Position numbers and translations under genes: made by a program
Notes under the pieces: generated by a model
Told to the model about the DNA's origin: nothing
Databases searched by the model: none
The model's input: only the letters and a program-made list of their open reading frames with translations
Shown: one piece after another, positions 25,401 to 37,432 of the stretch
Numbering within the stretch: position 1 is the stretch's first letter
Layout of the letters: each line of letters opens with the position of its first letter
Assembly: GCA_030390025.1 (NCBI GenBank)
Contig: JASTWF010000048.1
Location: 1,364,001 to 1,428,000, forward strand
Source of the DNA: Squalus acanthias
Lineage: Eukaryota
DNA: 64,000 nt
Direction of reading: 5' to 3'

Positions 25401-25712
25401 CCCTCTGAGAGTGCAGCGCTCCATCAGTACGTCCCCTCCAACAGTGCAGTGTACCCTCAGTAATGTGCCTATGTTAGTGCAGCACCTCCTCTGTACTGTC
25501 CCTCCGACAGTGCAGTGCTCCCTCAATACTGCCCCTCCGGCAGGGCAGCTCTCCCTCAATACTGCCCCTCCGACAGTGAAGCACTCCCTCGGTCCTGCTC
25601 CGCTGAGTGCAGCACTCCCTCAGTACTGCTCCTCCAACAGCGCAGCTCTCCCTCAGTACAGCCCCTCCGACAGTGCAGCTCTCCCTCAGTACTGCGACTC
25701 CGACAGTCCAGA
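22495..25712. repeat. Large 33-bp SINE-derived minisatellite array; continues at ~28932-29060 after the CR1 insertion
   Basis: About 3.2 kb of tandem 33-bp units, preceded by the SINE tail and body at ~22190-22490. Confidence 0.92.
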
Positions 25713-28700
25713 TTTAAACTAATTAGTGGGGGGGAGGTTTCAAGAGAGCAAAAAATAAAAATGACAACAGAGAGGGTCATAGACATAGGTAGCAGTAGGG
25801 GAATCACAAATCAGAGCGTGGCAGGAAGGGACAGAGTGTGTGGACTAAAAGGTAAAGTGGTAAAAAGTGAAAAAGCAGGAACTAAGTGCCACAAAGCATA
25901 TTTGAAAGTTCTCTATCTGAATGCACGTAGCATTCGTAACAAAATAGACGAGTTAATGGCACAAATAACTACATATGGTTATGATATTGTGGCCATTACA
26001 GAAACATGGCTGCAGGGTGACAATGCCTGGGAATTAAACATACCAGGTTATTTAACGATCAGGAAGGACAGGCAGGAAGGAAGGGGAGGTGGGGTGGCTA
26101 TTATAATAAAGGAAGGAATCACTGTAATACAGAGTAATGATATTGGGTCAAAAAATCATGATAATGAAACAGTTTGGGTGGAGATAAGGAATAATAAGGG
26201 GTAAAAATACTAGTGGGCGTAGTCTATAGGCCTCCGAACTGTTGAAACTCTGTTGGACGGAGTATCAATCAGGAAATAGTTGAGGCATGTAATAAGGGAA
26301 CATCTATAATTATGGGGGATTTTAACTATCATATTAATTGGACAAATCAAATGGGGCAGGGCTGCCTTGAGGATGAGTTCATTGAGTGTATTAGGGATGG
26401 GTTGCTTGAGCAGTATGTAACTGAACCGACCAGGGGGCAAGCAACCTTAGATCTGGTCCTGTGTAACGAGACAGGATTAATTAAAAATGTCCTAGTAACG
26501 GATCCCCTTGGAATGAGTGACCATAACATGGTTGAATTCCATATTCAATTAAAGGGTGAGAAGGTTGGATCTCAAACAAGCCTGCTAAGCTTGAATAAAG
26601 GAGACTATGAAGGTATGCGAGCGGAATTGAGTAGAGTGGATTGGGAAAATAGATTAAAGGGTAAGACGACACATGATCAGTGGTGTACATTCAAGGAGTT
26701 ATTTTACAACTTCCAAAAAATATATATTCCACTGAAAAGAAAAGGGTGTAAAAGAAAGGACAGTCATCCGTGGCTAAGTAAAGAAATTAAGGACAGTATT
26801 CGACTAAAAACAAGGGCATATAAGGTCGCGAAATCTAGTGGGTGGACAGAGGATTGGGTAAACTTTAAAAGGCAGCAAAAAATAACAAAAAGATTGATTA
26901 AGAAAGGGAAGTTAGATTATGAAAGTAAATTAGCAAAAAATATAAAAACAGATAGTAGTAGTTTTTATAGTTATATAAAAAGAAAAAGGGTGGCTAAAGT
27001 AAATGTTGGTCCCTTAGAGGATGAGACCGGGAAATTAATGGTGGGAAATATGGAGATGGCAAAAACACTGAATGAATATTTTGTATCAGTCTTTACAGTA
27101 GAGGACACTAAGAATATCCCAACACTGGACAAACAGGGGGCTATAGGGGGAGAGGAGCTAAACACGATCAAAATCCCTAAGGAAGTGGTACTCGGTAAAT
27201 TAATGGGACTCAAGGCGGATAAATCACCTGGACCTGATGGCTTACATGCTAGAGTCTTGAAGGAAGTGGCGGTAGGGATTGTAGATGCATTGGTAATAAT
27301 TTTTCAAAACTCCCTGGATTCCGCTAAGGTCCCGGCAGACTGGAAAACTGCTAATGTAACACCCTTATTTAAAAAGGGCAGTAGACAGAAGGCTGGTAAC
27401 TATAGACCGGTTAGCCTAACATCTGTGGTAGGTAAAATTTTGGAGTCCATTATTAAGGAAACAGTAACAGGACATTTGGATAATCATAATTTAATAGGAC
27501 AAAGTCAGCATGGTTTTACGAAGGGGAAGTCATGTTTGACAAATTTGCTGGAGTTCTTTGAGGAAGTAACATATAGAGTGGATAAAGGGGAACCAGTGGA
27601 CGTAGTGTATTTAGACTTCCAAAAGGCATTTGACAAGGTGCCACACAAAAGATTATTGCTTAAGGTAAAAAATCACGGGATTGGGGGTAATATTCTGGCA
27701 TGGATAGAGGATTGGCTATCTAACAGAAAGCAAAGAGTTGGGATAAATGGTTCATTCTCAGACTGGCAATCAGTAACTAGTGGTGTTCCACAGGGGTCAG
27801 TGCTGGGTCCCCAACTCTTTACAATCTATATTAACGATTTGGAGGAAGGGACCAAGTGTAACATATCAAAATTTGCAGATGATACAAAGATGGGAGGGAA
27901 AGTAGTGAGTGAGGAGGACATAAAAAACCTGCAAGGGGACATAGACAGGCTAAGTAAGTGGGCAGAGATTTGGCAGATGGAATACAACACTGGAAAGTGT
28001 GAGGTGATGCACTTTGGCAGGAAAAATCCTAGAGCAATTTATTATCTTAATGGCAAGAAACTGGAGAGTACTGAAGTGCAAAGGGATCTGGGGGTCCTGG
28101 TGCACGAAACTCAAAAGGTTAGTATGCAGGTGCAGCAAGTGATTAAGAAGGCAAATGGAATGTTGGCTTTCATTGCTAGGGGGATAGAATATAAAAATAG
28201 GGAGGTATTGCTTCAGTTGTACAAGGTATTGGTGAGACCGCACCTGGAATACAGCATACAGTTTTGGTGTCCTTACTTAAGGAAAGACATCCTTGCTCTC
28301 GAGGCAGTGCAAAAAAGGTTCACTCGGTTAATCCCGGGGATGAGGGGGTGGTCATATGAGGAGAGGTTGTGTAGATTGGGACTCTACTCATTGGAGTTCA
28401 GAAGAATGAAAGGCGATCTTATTGAAACATATAAGATTGTGAAGGGGTTGGATCGGGTGGATGCGGGGAGGATGTTCCCGATGACGGGTGAGACTAGAAC
28501 TAGGGGACATAGTCTTAGAATAAGGGGCTGCTCTTTCAAAACTGAGATGAGGAGGAACTACTTCACTCAGAGGGTGGTAGGTCCATGGAATATGCTGCCA
28601 CATAAAGCTGTAGAAGCTACATCATTAAATAAATTTAAAACAGAAATAGACAGTTTCCTAGAAGTAAAGGGCATTAAGGGTTACGGGGAGCGGGCAGGAA

Positions 28701-28932
28701 TTTGGACATGAGTCTAGTTTCCGATCGGTCATGGCCCTGTGGGTAGTGGAGCGGGCCCAGGGACCGTGTAGCCTGATTCTGCTCCTATTTCGTGTGTGCA
28801 ATTCTGTTAGATGCAGGAGATGGTTCTGTGATAGATAGTAGATTGGCGGTTAGGATCAGATCAGCCATGATCTTACTGAATGGCGGAGCAGGCTCGAGGG
28901 GCCGATTCTATTTCTTATGTTATGTTCTTATG
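25711..28932 (+). mobile_element. CR1 LINE, 5'-truncated, with nearly complete ORF2 (APE endonuclease + RT), inserted in the minisatellite
   Basis: YLNARSI, ITETWL, RGGGV, MGDFN and SDH endonuclease motifs; GVPQGSVLGP and KFADD RT motifs; 3' tail ttcttatg. Frameshift/stop at ~26202 and TGA at ~26243. Confidence 0.93.
26312..28711 (+). CDS. CR1 ORF2, uninterrupted part (C-terminal endonuclease + reverse transcriptase, 799 aa)
   Basis: ORF track shows YRPVSLTSVVGK, QHGF, DFQKAFDKVPH, PQGSVLGP, FADD and RGHSLRI. Confidence 0.9.
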   Translation: MGDFNYHINWTNQMGQGCLEDEFIECIRDGLLEQYVTEPTRGQATLDLVLCNETGLIKNVLVTDPLGMSDHNMVEFHIQLKGEKVGSQTSLLSLNKGDYEGMRAELSRVDWENRLKGKTTHDQWCTFKELFYNFQKIYIPLKRKGCKRKDSHPWLSKEIKDSIRLKTRAYKVAKSSGWTEDWVNFKRQQKITKRLIKKGKLDYESKLAKNIKTDSSSFYSYIKRKRVAKVNVGPLEDETGKLMVGNMEMAKTLNEYFVSVFTVEDTKNIPTLDKQGAIGGEELNTIKIPKEVVLGKLMGLKADKSPGPDGLHARVLKEVAVGIVDALVIIFQNSLDSAKVPADWKTANVTPLFKKGSRQKAGNYRPVSLTSVVGKILESIIKETVTGHLDNHNLIGQSQHGFTKGKSCLTNLLEFFEEVTYRVDKGEPVDVVYLDFQKAFDKVPHKRLLLKVKNHGIGGNILAWIEDWLSNRKQRVGINGSFSDWQSVTSGVPQGSVLGPQLFTIYINDLEEGTKCNISKFADDTKMGGKVVSEEDIKNLQGDIDRLSKWAEIWQMEYNTGKCEVMHFGRKNPRAIYYLNGKKLESTEVQRDLGVLVHETQKVSMQVQQVIKKANGMLAFIARGIEYKNREVLLQLYKVLVRPHLEYSIQFWCPYLRKDILALEAVQKRFTRLIPGMRGWSYEERLCRLGLYSLEFRRMKGDLIETYKIVKGLDRVDAGRMFPMTGETRTRGHSLRIRGCSFKTEMRRNYFTQRVVGPWNMLPHKAVEATSLNKFKTEIDSFLEVKGIKGYGERAGIWT

Positions 28933-29959
28933 TACAGCCCCTCTGACAGTGCAGCACTCCCTCAGTACTGCCCCTCCCACAGTGCGGCGCTCCCTCAGTA
29001 CTGTCCGTCCGACAGTGCAGCGCTCCCGAAGTGCTGACCCTCCAACAGTGCAGCAGTCCATGATTTCACTTAATTCACTGCAGAGAGAAGCGACCCCACA
29101 AACTTCTGTCTCAGAGGCGCGAATGGTTCAAACCCAGTCGCAGCTCACAATATAGTACATTAATCTACAAAGGTGCCTGAATAACTTTGTCACAGTTACT
29201 TACATGGGATCAGTGCAAATATTATGATTAGGTAATTAGCCTTGTGAAGCACGGCTTCTGCAGTCGACAGTGAATGATGTCAGGGCTGAAGGACTTCATT
29301 TGTGTGGCTGGACTAGAGAAGCTGAAATGGTTTTCCTTCGAGCAGAGGTGGCTGATGGGGACATTTAATCTGTTCACATTGACAGATAACATGGGAAGGA
29401 ACTGTTTCCAAAGGTAGGAGTTTCGGTAAGCAGAGCATTCCGATTTAGGATCATTGGCAAAAGTACCCGAGGTGTAGATCAGAAATACCTTTTTAAGTCA
29501 GCGAGTTATCACGATACCTAATGTACTGCCTGAAATTGCGATGGAAATAAATTCAATAGTAAGTTCAAATGGTAATTGGCGATACAGTTCTAAAGGAACA
29601 TAAATTAAGGGTTATTCGGTAAGAACAGGGGGTGGAATTAATTGTAATTGGGAGACCAAAATAGTGGTCATAAAAATAACATAGTCACGAGTACATCAAA
29701 TAGGGAATTCAGGAGCAATCTACTTACCAAAAGAGTTCTGAGAATGTTTAATTGTATCCACAAGAAGTGGTTGCACAGCTAAAATAACATTAATCGCCTT
29801 AAATTTTGTAGATTAAAATAAATTCTCGATTTAAATATTTGATTGCTCATAGATAATTGCTCGTTAATCATGATCGAATAGCACAATGCAGATTAGTAAA
29901 TATGTTTCATGAATGGATGACAGTAGTTCATCACTTATAATTGTTGAAAATTATCTTAC

Positions 29960-30005
29960 ACGGTGCCAGCAATAAAAGAGCAAAGGTCAAAAAATTAAAA
30001 TGCAT
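29960..30005 (-). pseudogene. Orphan family C leader exon (C3); V exon and RSS deleted
   Basis: MHFNFLTFALLLLAP|gtaag with an intact promoter block (30006-30110). Intron homology stops at ~29775 and no V exon follows. Confidence 0.82.
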
Positions 30006-30119
30006 CGTTGAGTGTAATCGACGATCTAATGCCCCAAATGGGGGCTGACAGAGAGAGCGACGCTAATTATTACGCATATGCAAAATCCAAGTTCAGAACC
30101 GGAAGTTGCGTAGGTAAAC

Positions 30120-31155
30120 AGAAGAAAAGAACTTGCATTTCTAAAGCGCGTTTCACGACCTCAGAACGTCCCAAAGCGCTTTGCAATCAACGAATTACCT
30201 TCGAAGTGCAGTCACTGTCGTAATATAGGAAACGCGGCTGCCCAATCTGCGCTCAGCAAGATCACACAAAGAGCAATGTGATTCATCAAAAGATAATCTC
30301 TTTTTAAGTGATTTTGTTTCTGGTAAACATATTGGCCAGGAGAACGGGAGAAATACGACATAGTATGCGTGCGAAACTTTACGTCTACCTGAGATGGAAA
30401 AGACGCTTAGTTTTACGTATTCCCTCAGTACTGCCCCTCCAAATGTCCAGCGCTCCCGCAGTATAATCCCTCCCACACAGCAGCACTACCCAAGGACTGC
30501 ACCTCCGACATTGCAGCATTTCCCTCACTACTGCCCCTCTGAACGTGCAGCGCTCCCTCAGTACTGCCCCTCCAACAGCGCAGCAGTCGGTCAGTACTGC
30601 CCCTCCAACAGTGCAGCATTACATCAGTATTGCCACCCCGACAGTGCCGCACTCCATCAGCACTGCCCGTCCGACAATGCAGCCCTAACTCAGTACTGCC
30701 CCAGCCACAGTGCAGCACACCGTCAGTACTGCCGCTCCGCCAGTGCAGCGCTCCCTCAGTACTGGCTTTCCGACAGTGCAGCACTCCGTCAGTACAGCCA
30801 TTCTGACAGTGCAGAATTCCAAGAGTATTGCGCCCACACGCCCACCCCGCGACAATGCAGCACTCCGTCAGTACTGCCCTCCAACAATGACGTGCTGCCT
30901 CAGTACTGCCCCTCCAACAGTGCAGCATTCAATCAGTATTACCCTCCAGCAGTGCGCGCTCCATCAGTACTGCCCCTCCGATAGTGCAACGCTACCTCAG
31001 TATTGCCATCTGACAGCACAGCACTTCCTCTATACTGCCCGTCCGACAGTGCAGTACTCCCTCAGTACTGTTCTCCGACAGTACAGCACTCCCTCAGTAC
31101 TGCCACTTCGAGAAAGCAGCACTTCCACAGTACTGTCCCTCCGATAGTGCATCAT
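30120..31155 (-). mobile_element. Deu-domain SINE with 33-bp minisatellite (array ~30420-31155)
   Basis: Paralog of 445-1560. Confidence 0.75.
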
Positions 31156-33694
31156 GATACGGAATGCACTGCCTTAAAGTGCGATGGAACTGAATGCCAT
31201 AGTACAGTTCAAATGGGAACTGGATAAACATTTGAAAAGGAACATAAATTAAGGGCTAAAATAAAAAGAGAAAATGCTGGAAATACTCAACTGGTCAGGC
31301 AGCATCTGTGGAGAGAGAAACAGAGTTAACGTTTCAGGTCGTTTTTATAAATTAAGGGCTATTGGATAAGAGCAGAGGTTGGGACTAATTGTACAGGGGA
31401 GACCATAACTCGTGGTCATAAATATAACATAGCCACGAATACATCTACTAGGGAATTCAGCTACAATCTACTTACACAAAGAGTGGTGAGATGCATTTTA
31501 AAGGAAGTTATATCAGGACAGGCGAGAGAAACGGATCGAAGGATATGCTTATATGGTGAGATGAAAAGGGCTGGGAGGAGAATAATGTGGGACTAATTGG
31601 ATAGCTCTTTCTAACAGCCGGACCGGGCTCGATGGGCCGAATTGTCACCTTCTGTGCTGTACCTTTAATGATTCTATAAACCACGGGACATGTTTGCGTC
31701 AAAGTTCCCTCCAGTTTCAGGCAGTGCGGGTTTCAGTTCCCATTTGCGAAACGAGCATTAAAGTGTTAAATTCTTCGCGGGGCTGCACTACTAGATTCTT
31801 TGAAAAACACATCAAAAGGCATCAAGAGTCTGATAGACAGGTGGGTTAACGGTTTTCAACAGATACTCAAACATCTGTCAGGAGGCAGTGGTTCCAGTGA
31901 GAAACGGATCTGGAGCAGCATCTCGCCTTTGCACAGGGTGAAACATCCGTCACCCGTTTAAGGGTTCTGAGATGAACTATTTCCTATTTGTACGGGGTTG
32001 TGGCGCTTACAGCAGAGAAGGTTAAGGGGAGATTTCAAAGAGCTGTTCAAAAGCATGATTTTTTTTCATGGATTAAGTAAGGAGAAGCTGTATCCAGTGG
32101 CAGAAGGTTCGATAATCAGAGGAGACAGATTTAAGGTAATTGACAAAAGTGCCAGAGGGCGAGATGAGTAGAATCTTTCTCCTCAGTAAATTGTTATGAT
32201 CTGGAATGCGCTGTCTGAACGGGTGGTGAAGCAGATTCAATAGTAATTTTCAAAAAGGAATTGGAGAAACGCTTGAAGCGGAATTATATTCAGTGCTGTG
32301 GAGAGTCGGTCATGGGATTGTGACCAATTGGATAGCTCCTTCAGTAATCCGGCACATACTCCATGGACCGAATGACCTTCTTCTGTGCTATATCAATCGA
32401 TGATTCTATGATAATCAGCGCATCTCTCGTCGGTATTGCAATAGCGCAATTAACAGGTAGGAAAAGCAGCTCCACGAATATCGTGAGCTTGTGAAATATT
32501 CACTGCTATAATCGGGAGCTATGCGTAATTCCTTCCCATATACTTATGCCCGTTCTTTCATAAGAACATAAGAAGTAAGAGCAGGATTAGGCCATAGGTC
32601 CCCTCAAGACTGCTTCGCCCTTCAATAAGATCATGGCTGATCATCGAACTCAACTCCACTTTCCCGCCCGATTTCCATATCCCTTGATTACCATAGAGTC
32701 CAATAATCTATCGATCTCAGCCTTGAATATACTCAAAGACTCAGCATTCATAGCCCTCTGGGGCACTGAATTCCAAAGACTCACAACCCTCTGAGTGAAG
32801 AAATTGTTCCTCAACTCAGTCTTAAATGGCCTACCCCTTATCCTCAGATTATGCGCCCCAACAGGAACATTAACCCATTTACCCCACCTCATAACCTCTT
32901 GTTAAAATGTAGAGGAACCCTTAATAAAAAGCACATGCGAAATGTTGATACAGCATTTTAAGTCATTAATAATCTATTGGAATAATCTGAAGTGATATCG
33001 AGTAAGAAGATGAAAAGTTCGTTGCAGGGAGGATGTTTCCCCTGTCTGGGGAATCTAGAACCAGGGGTCACAGTCTCAGAATAAGGGGTCGGCCATTTAA
33101 GACTGAGATGAGGAAGAATTTCTTCACTCAGAGGGTTGTGAGTCTCTGGAATTCTCTCCCTCAGAGGGCTGTGGAGGTTCAGTCGATGAGTATATTTATG
33201 ACAGAGATCGATAGATTTTTGATTATTAATAGAATCAAGGGATTTGCGGATAGTTCAGGAAAGTGCAGATGAGGTCGAAGATCAGCCATGATCTTACTGA
33301 ATGGCGGAGCAGCCTCGAAGGGCCAAATGGTCTACTCCTGCTCATATTCCTTATGTTCTTAGGTTCTTATGAATCAATATGAATAAAATGTAATCCATGA
33401 TACGTCATTTTTTTAAACGGTATGACTTAAACCATAATGATAGATAGATGCTAAAATGATAGATAGATAGATCGATCTGAGCTAGATAGATAATGGGATA
33501 GATCGACCAGAGCTGGACAGACAGATCGGTGATAGATCGATGTATAGATGGCATTTGGACATAGAGATAGATATTTAGATAGATAGATAGACGGACAGAA
33601 AGTAAGACAGGCAGATAGATAGAAAAAAGGAAGAAAAATGAAAGGAAGAAAGAAATATAGAAAGAAAGAAGGAAAAACAGACAGAAAGAAAGAA

Positions 33695-34095
33695 AGACTT
33701 GCATTTATATAGCGCCGTTCCCTATCACCGGACGTTTCAAAGCGCTTTGCAGCCAATTAAGTACTTTTGAAGTGCAGTCACTGTTGTAATGTGGAAAACG
33801 CAGAAGCCAATTTGCACGCAGCAAGATCCAACAAACAGCAATGTGATAATGACCACATAATCTGTTGTGTTATGTTGTTTCAGGGATAAATATTTACCCC
33901 AGGACACCGGGGATTACTCCCCTACTCCTCTTCGAAATAGTGGCCATGGGATCTTTTACGGACACCTGAGAGAGCAGACGGGGCCTCGGTTAAACGTCTC
34001 ATCCGAAAGACGGCACCTCCGACAGTGCAGCACTTCCTCAGCACTGCACTGTAGTCAGCTTAGCTTTCCGTGCCCAAGTCCCTGGAGGGGGATGG
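33695..34095 (-). mobile_element. Deu-domain SINE, unexpanded copy 3' of the A3 RSS
   Basis: Paralog of 4097-4500. Confidence 0.75.
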
Positions 34096-34175
34096 AGTAA
34101 AGAGACACACAAACAGACTCACAGACAGACAACGAGACAGATCTATCTTCCACAGGTATTTCCTGCCGCCTTTGG

Positions 34176-34214
34176 GGTTTTTGTTGAGCTCCTCCATCTC
34201 TCTGAGTCACTGTG
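34176..34214 (-). other. 23-RSS of A3
   Basis: CACAGTG, 23-bp spacer, ACAAAAACC. Confidence 0.97.
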
Positions 34215-35123
34215 CAGACTCCAGGCGCAATAATAGACGGCCGAGTGATTCGCCCACAGACTGGAGGACTCCAGGTAGAAGTGGGTGTTGTCGGGTCTCC
34301 TGGCGTTAAAACCGTCTACCTCACCAGACGGAGTGACCATTTCGGTGTATCTAGAATAGAATAGGTTCTCAGGCTCCCTGTTGGGATGCCACCGGTACCA
34401 GTAGAAATAGGAGCCAGCTGTTGCTACTGTGTAAAGGCACTCGATGCGAATTGGAGTGCCCGGGGAACTGGATATGGAAGCGGGAGTCTGTTCGATCAGC
34501 ACAGCCCCCACATCTGAAAAACAGAGAAAGAGAGAGAGTGATAGATAAACCCAGTGAAAAGTTGCATATACACACCCACCACGAAGGGGCAGACGAGGGG
34601 AGAGAGAGTGAGGGCGAGAGGCAGCGAGAGAGGCAGACAGACATAGCGAAATGGAGAGATAGAGACAGAGACAATGATAGACAGAATGTGACACAGAGAG
34701 ATAAGAGGAACAATCTACACATCGACAGAGGACGTGAACGAGCACACGAGGAGAGAGCGTTAGTAAAGAGAAAGAAAGAAAGAGGGAGAGAGAGTGAGAG
34801 AACCATAGAGGCAAAGAGAGAGAGACTCAGAAAGAGAGAGAGTGAGAGACAAGGGAAATATAAACGGACAGTCAGGCAGTAAGAGAGACTGAGAGAGATA
34901 CAGCGGCAGAGAGAGAATGCGTCAGAGAGAGGGAGAGGCAGAGAGAGGGGAGACAGACAGACATAGAGAGCAAAATATACACCGAGGTAGAGAGAATCTG
35001 CACCCGCCCGCGGTGTGAAGTGACACACGGGGAAATAAAAGTGAGGGGCGCTGGAATCTCACAGCCCAGCTCCACCTTACCCGTTAACATCAGCAACACA
35101 ACCCAAAGCTGAGAGACAGCCAT
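34215..35123 (-). CDS. TRBV: TCR V segment A3 (TRBV30-like), apparently functional
   Basis: Leader 35123-35081 MAVSQLWVVLLMLT. V exon 34513-34215 is open and ends YYCAWSL. Confidence 0.92.
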
Positions 35124-36195
35124 CACTGGAGGTAGAAAGATCCGGATGTTTAATGAGTGAAATCACTGAGCTGTTTTATTGTAGAATATCACAAATCTCT
35201 GAGCACTGTGTGGAATTTACTGTCCCATCCTCGCCAATGTTAAACTTTCGGATGGGAGGGGCCAATGTCTCTTCACTTGTTCATTGGCTCCCTCATCGGG
35301 CTTGTCCTTTCCGGGCCGTGGCTAATGAGGACCCCGGATAATCGGCGGCCTGCCTCCTCCCTTTCAAGGCGGGGCCGGGGTTTCTTAAAACCTGCAACAA
35401 CCCCAAGACACCATCTGGGATGTCAGTGATGTTGAGGGCGTGAGAAAAGGGAGTTATACTGTCTGTCTTACTCATTCTGTGGATTTAATCCGTATCTAAT
35501 CAGTGAGTGAGGGGCTGTATTCCGAATCTAACCAGGGACTGAGGGACTTTACACGGAGTCTAAATACTGACTGAAGGGCTTTACTTTGTAACTAATCAGT
35601 GAGTGGTGGACTTTACTCTGTATCTAATTGATGGATCATGGGCTTTACACTTTATCCAAACAGTATATGATGTGGCGCACTCTGTATCTAATCAATAATT
35701 GTTGGGCTTCACTCTGTATCAAATTAATGACTCATGGACGCTACTCTATTCAATCGCTGTACCAAGCAGAGCTGCCCATGTATCTAACCCGTGCTCTCAC
35801 TTATCTAAACCGTGTTGACCGGATATCTAAGCCGTGCTGCCCATGTATTTAATCAGTTCCATCCCTGTACCTAACCCGTACTGTGCCTGTATCTAATGTG
35901 TGCTGTCCCTGTACAAAATGTGTGCTGTTCCTGTGTCTTACGAGTGCTGTACCTGTATCTAACCCATGCAACCCATATATGTAATCAGTTCAGTCCCTGT
36001 ACGTATCCTGTACTCTCCCTGCATCTCAAGCATACTCTCCCTGTGTCAAAACCGTACTGTCCTGTATCTAACCCGTGCTGTCCCTTCTCACACACCAAAT
36101 CCGCCACGCCACTCACACCATTTGCCTCTGGATTGACTCCACTCCCAACAAAGCAGCGACTGGTTCGGTCCTGAGCCCCGTTCTCTGCTGCACCG

Positions 36196-36234
36196 GGTTT
36201 TAGTTGCACCGCCCCGCCTGCTTCTGTCACTGTG
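36196..36234 (-). other. 23-RSS of B3
   Basis: CACAGTG, 23-bp spacer, ACTAAAACC. Confidence 0.9.
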
Positions 36235-36664
36235 GAGTCGCCAGGCTTAGCAATACACCCCCGAGTGGTTCGCTCGCAGGCGGACCGTTTGCAGGTGGAA
36301 GGTGGAGTCGTCGAGTCTAGAGGCGGTGAAGCCGTCCAGCTCCCCCGATGGCTCGATGCGATCGGTGTTCGGAGAGTAGAAGAGCAGCACGAGCTCTCCA
36401 TCCGGAAGCTGGCGGTACCAGGAAAACTCTGAGCTGAATAAACCCTCCGCAGAACAGCGGATCCGCACTGGCGAGTGCAGGGAATCGGAGATTACAGGAG
36501 GACTTTGCTGAACTTTGCCGCTCGCTAGACCTGCGAATAATAGGAAAATGATTGGGTTAAAACACTGTGTCGTTGACATTCGGAGCCAAACTGCGCCCAA
36601 GCAATGCCGAGGAAGACTTACTGTGCAACAGTAGCGCAGACACAAGACATCCGGTTAAATGCAT
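36235..36664 (-). pseudogene. TRBV: TCR V pseudogene B3
   Basis: Leader 36664-36622 MHLTGCLVSALLLH. V exon 36530-36235 ends GTG TAT TGC TAA GCC TGG, i.e. a stop at the second conserved Cys position. Confidence 0.9.
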
Positions 36665-37371
36665 TTTGTTGTCCAGTTTGCAGAAAAGAAACAAACCGGG
36701 ATTTTGTAAAAATCTGCTCTCCTGGCGGCTGCGTGGCGGCTTTATGTTATTGCAGTTCTGTTTGATTGACAGCTGCTGGCCGCTCACTGCAGGCCCCGCC
36801 CCCTTACAGCCTGATTGACAGCTGTCGCTATAACCCCGCCCCCTCCCAGCTTCTCTCGACTCCTCACGTAACCGAAGTCCCACATCCCTGTTACCATTCT
36901 GGTAAATCTCCCCTGCAATCTCTCTCTGGCCTTGACATCCTTCCTAAGGTGCGTTGCCCAGGATTGGACTCACATTTTACCTGGTGCTGCAGAAAATCGT
37001 TTCTCAATTACTGAGAGTAGAAACAAAACGAACAATGCTGTGAGGAAGTTGTCCCTCAATTCGATTCTGACACAGCCCCAGAAATAAAACAGTAAATTGG
37101 ACAAAATTGAAATGCATCCTGGAGGTAAAATTGCATCCTGCGGTCAGTAAGGGTGACCCCGAGCTTCCGGTCGCCTGTCACTTTAATTCTCCGCTCCACT
37201 CCCACTCAGTCCTCACCGTCCTCGGCCACTAACACTGTTCCAATGAAGCCCAACGTAAGTTCGAGGAAAGGCACCTCATCTTTCGATTAGGCACTTTAAA
37301 TCCTTCTGGACTCAACATAGAGTTCAACAATTTCAGACAATAACCTCGGCCCCTAACCTTTTTTTCCAATG

Positions 37372-37375
37372 TTTT

Positions 37376-37431
<56 letters not shown>

Positions 37432-37432
37432 T
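37372..37432 (+). repeat. (TTTC)n microsatellite
   Basis: Pure tttc run. Confidence 0.9.

Noticed and set aside
22495-25712. CRISPR-like appearance of ~33-bp palindromic repeats
   Set aside because: Units are head-to-tail with no unique spacers, there are no cas genes, and the context is vertebrate.
29771-29780. CACAGCT at the deletion junction, suggesting a germline RAG-mediated deletion
   Set aside because: The paralogous intron reads AACAGCT, no nonamer lies at 12 or 23 bp, and neither breakpoint is at a real RSS.
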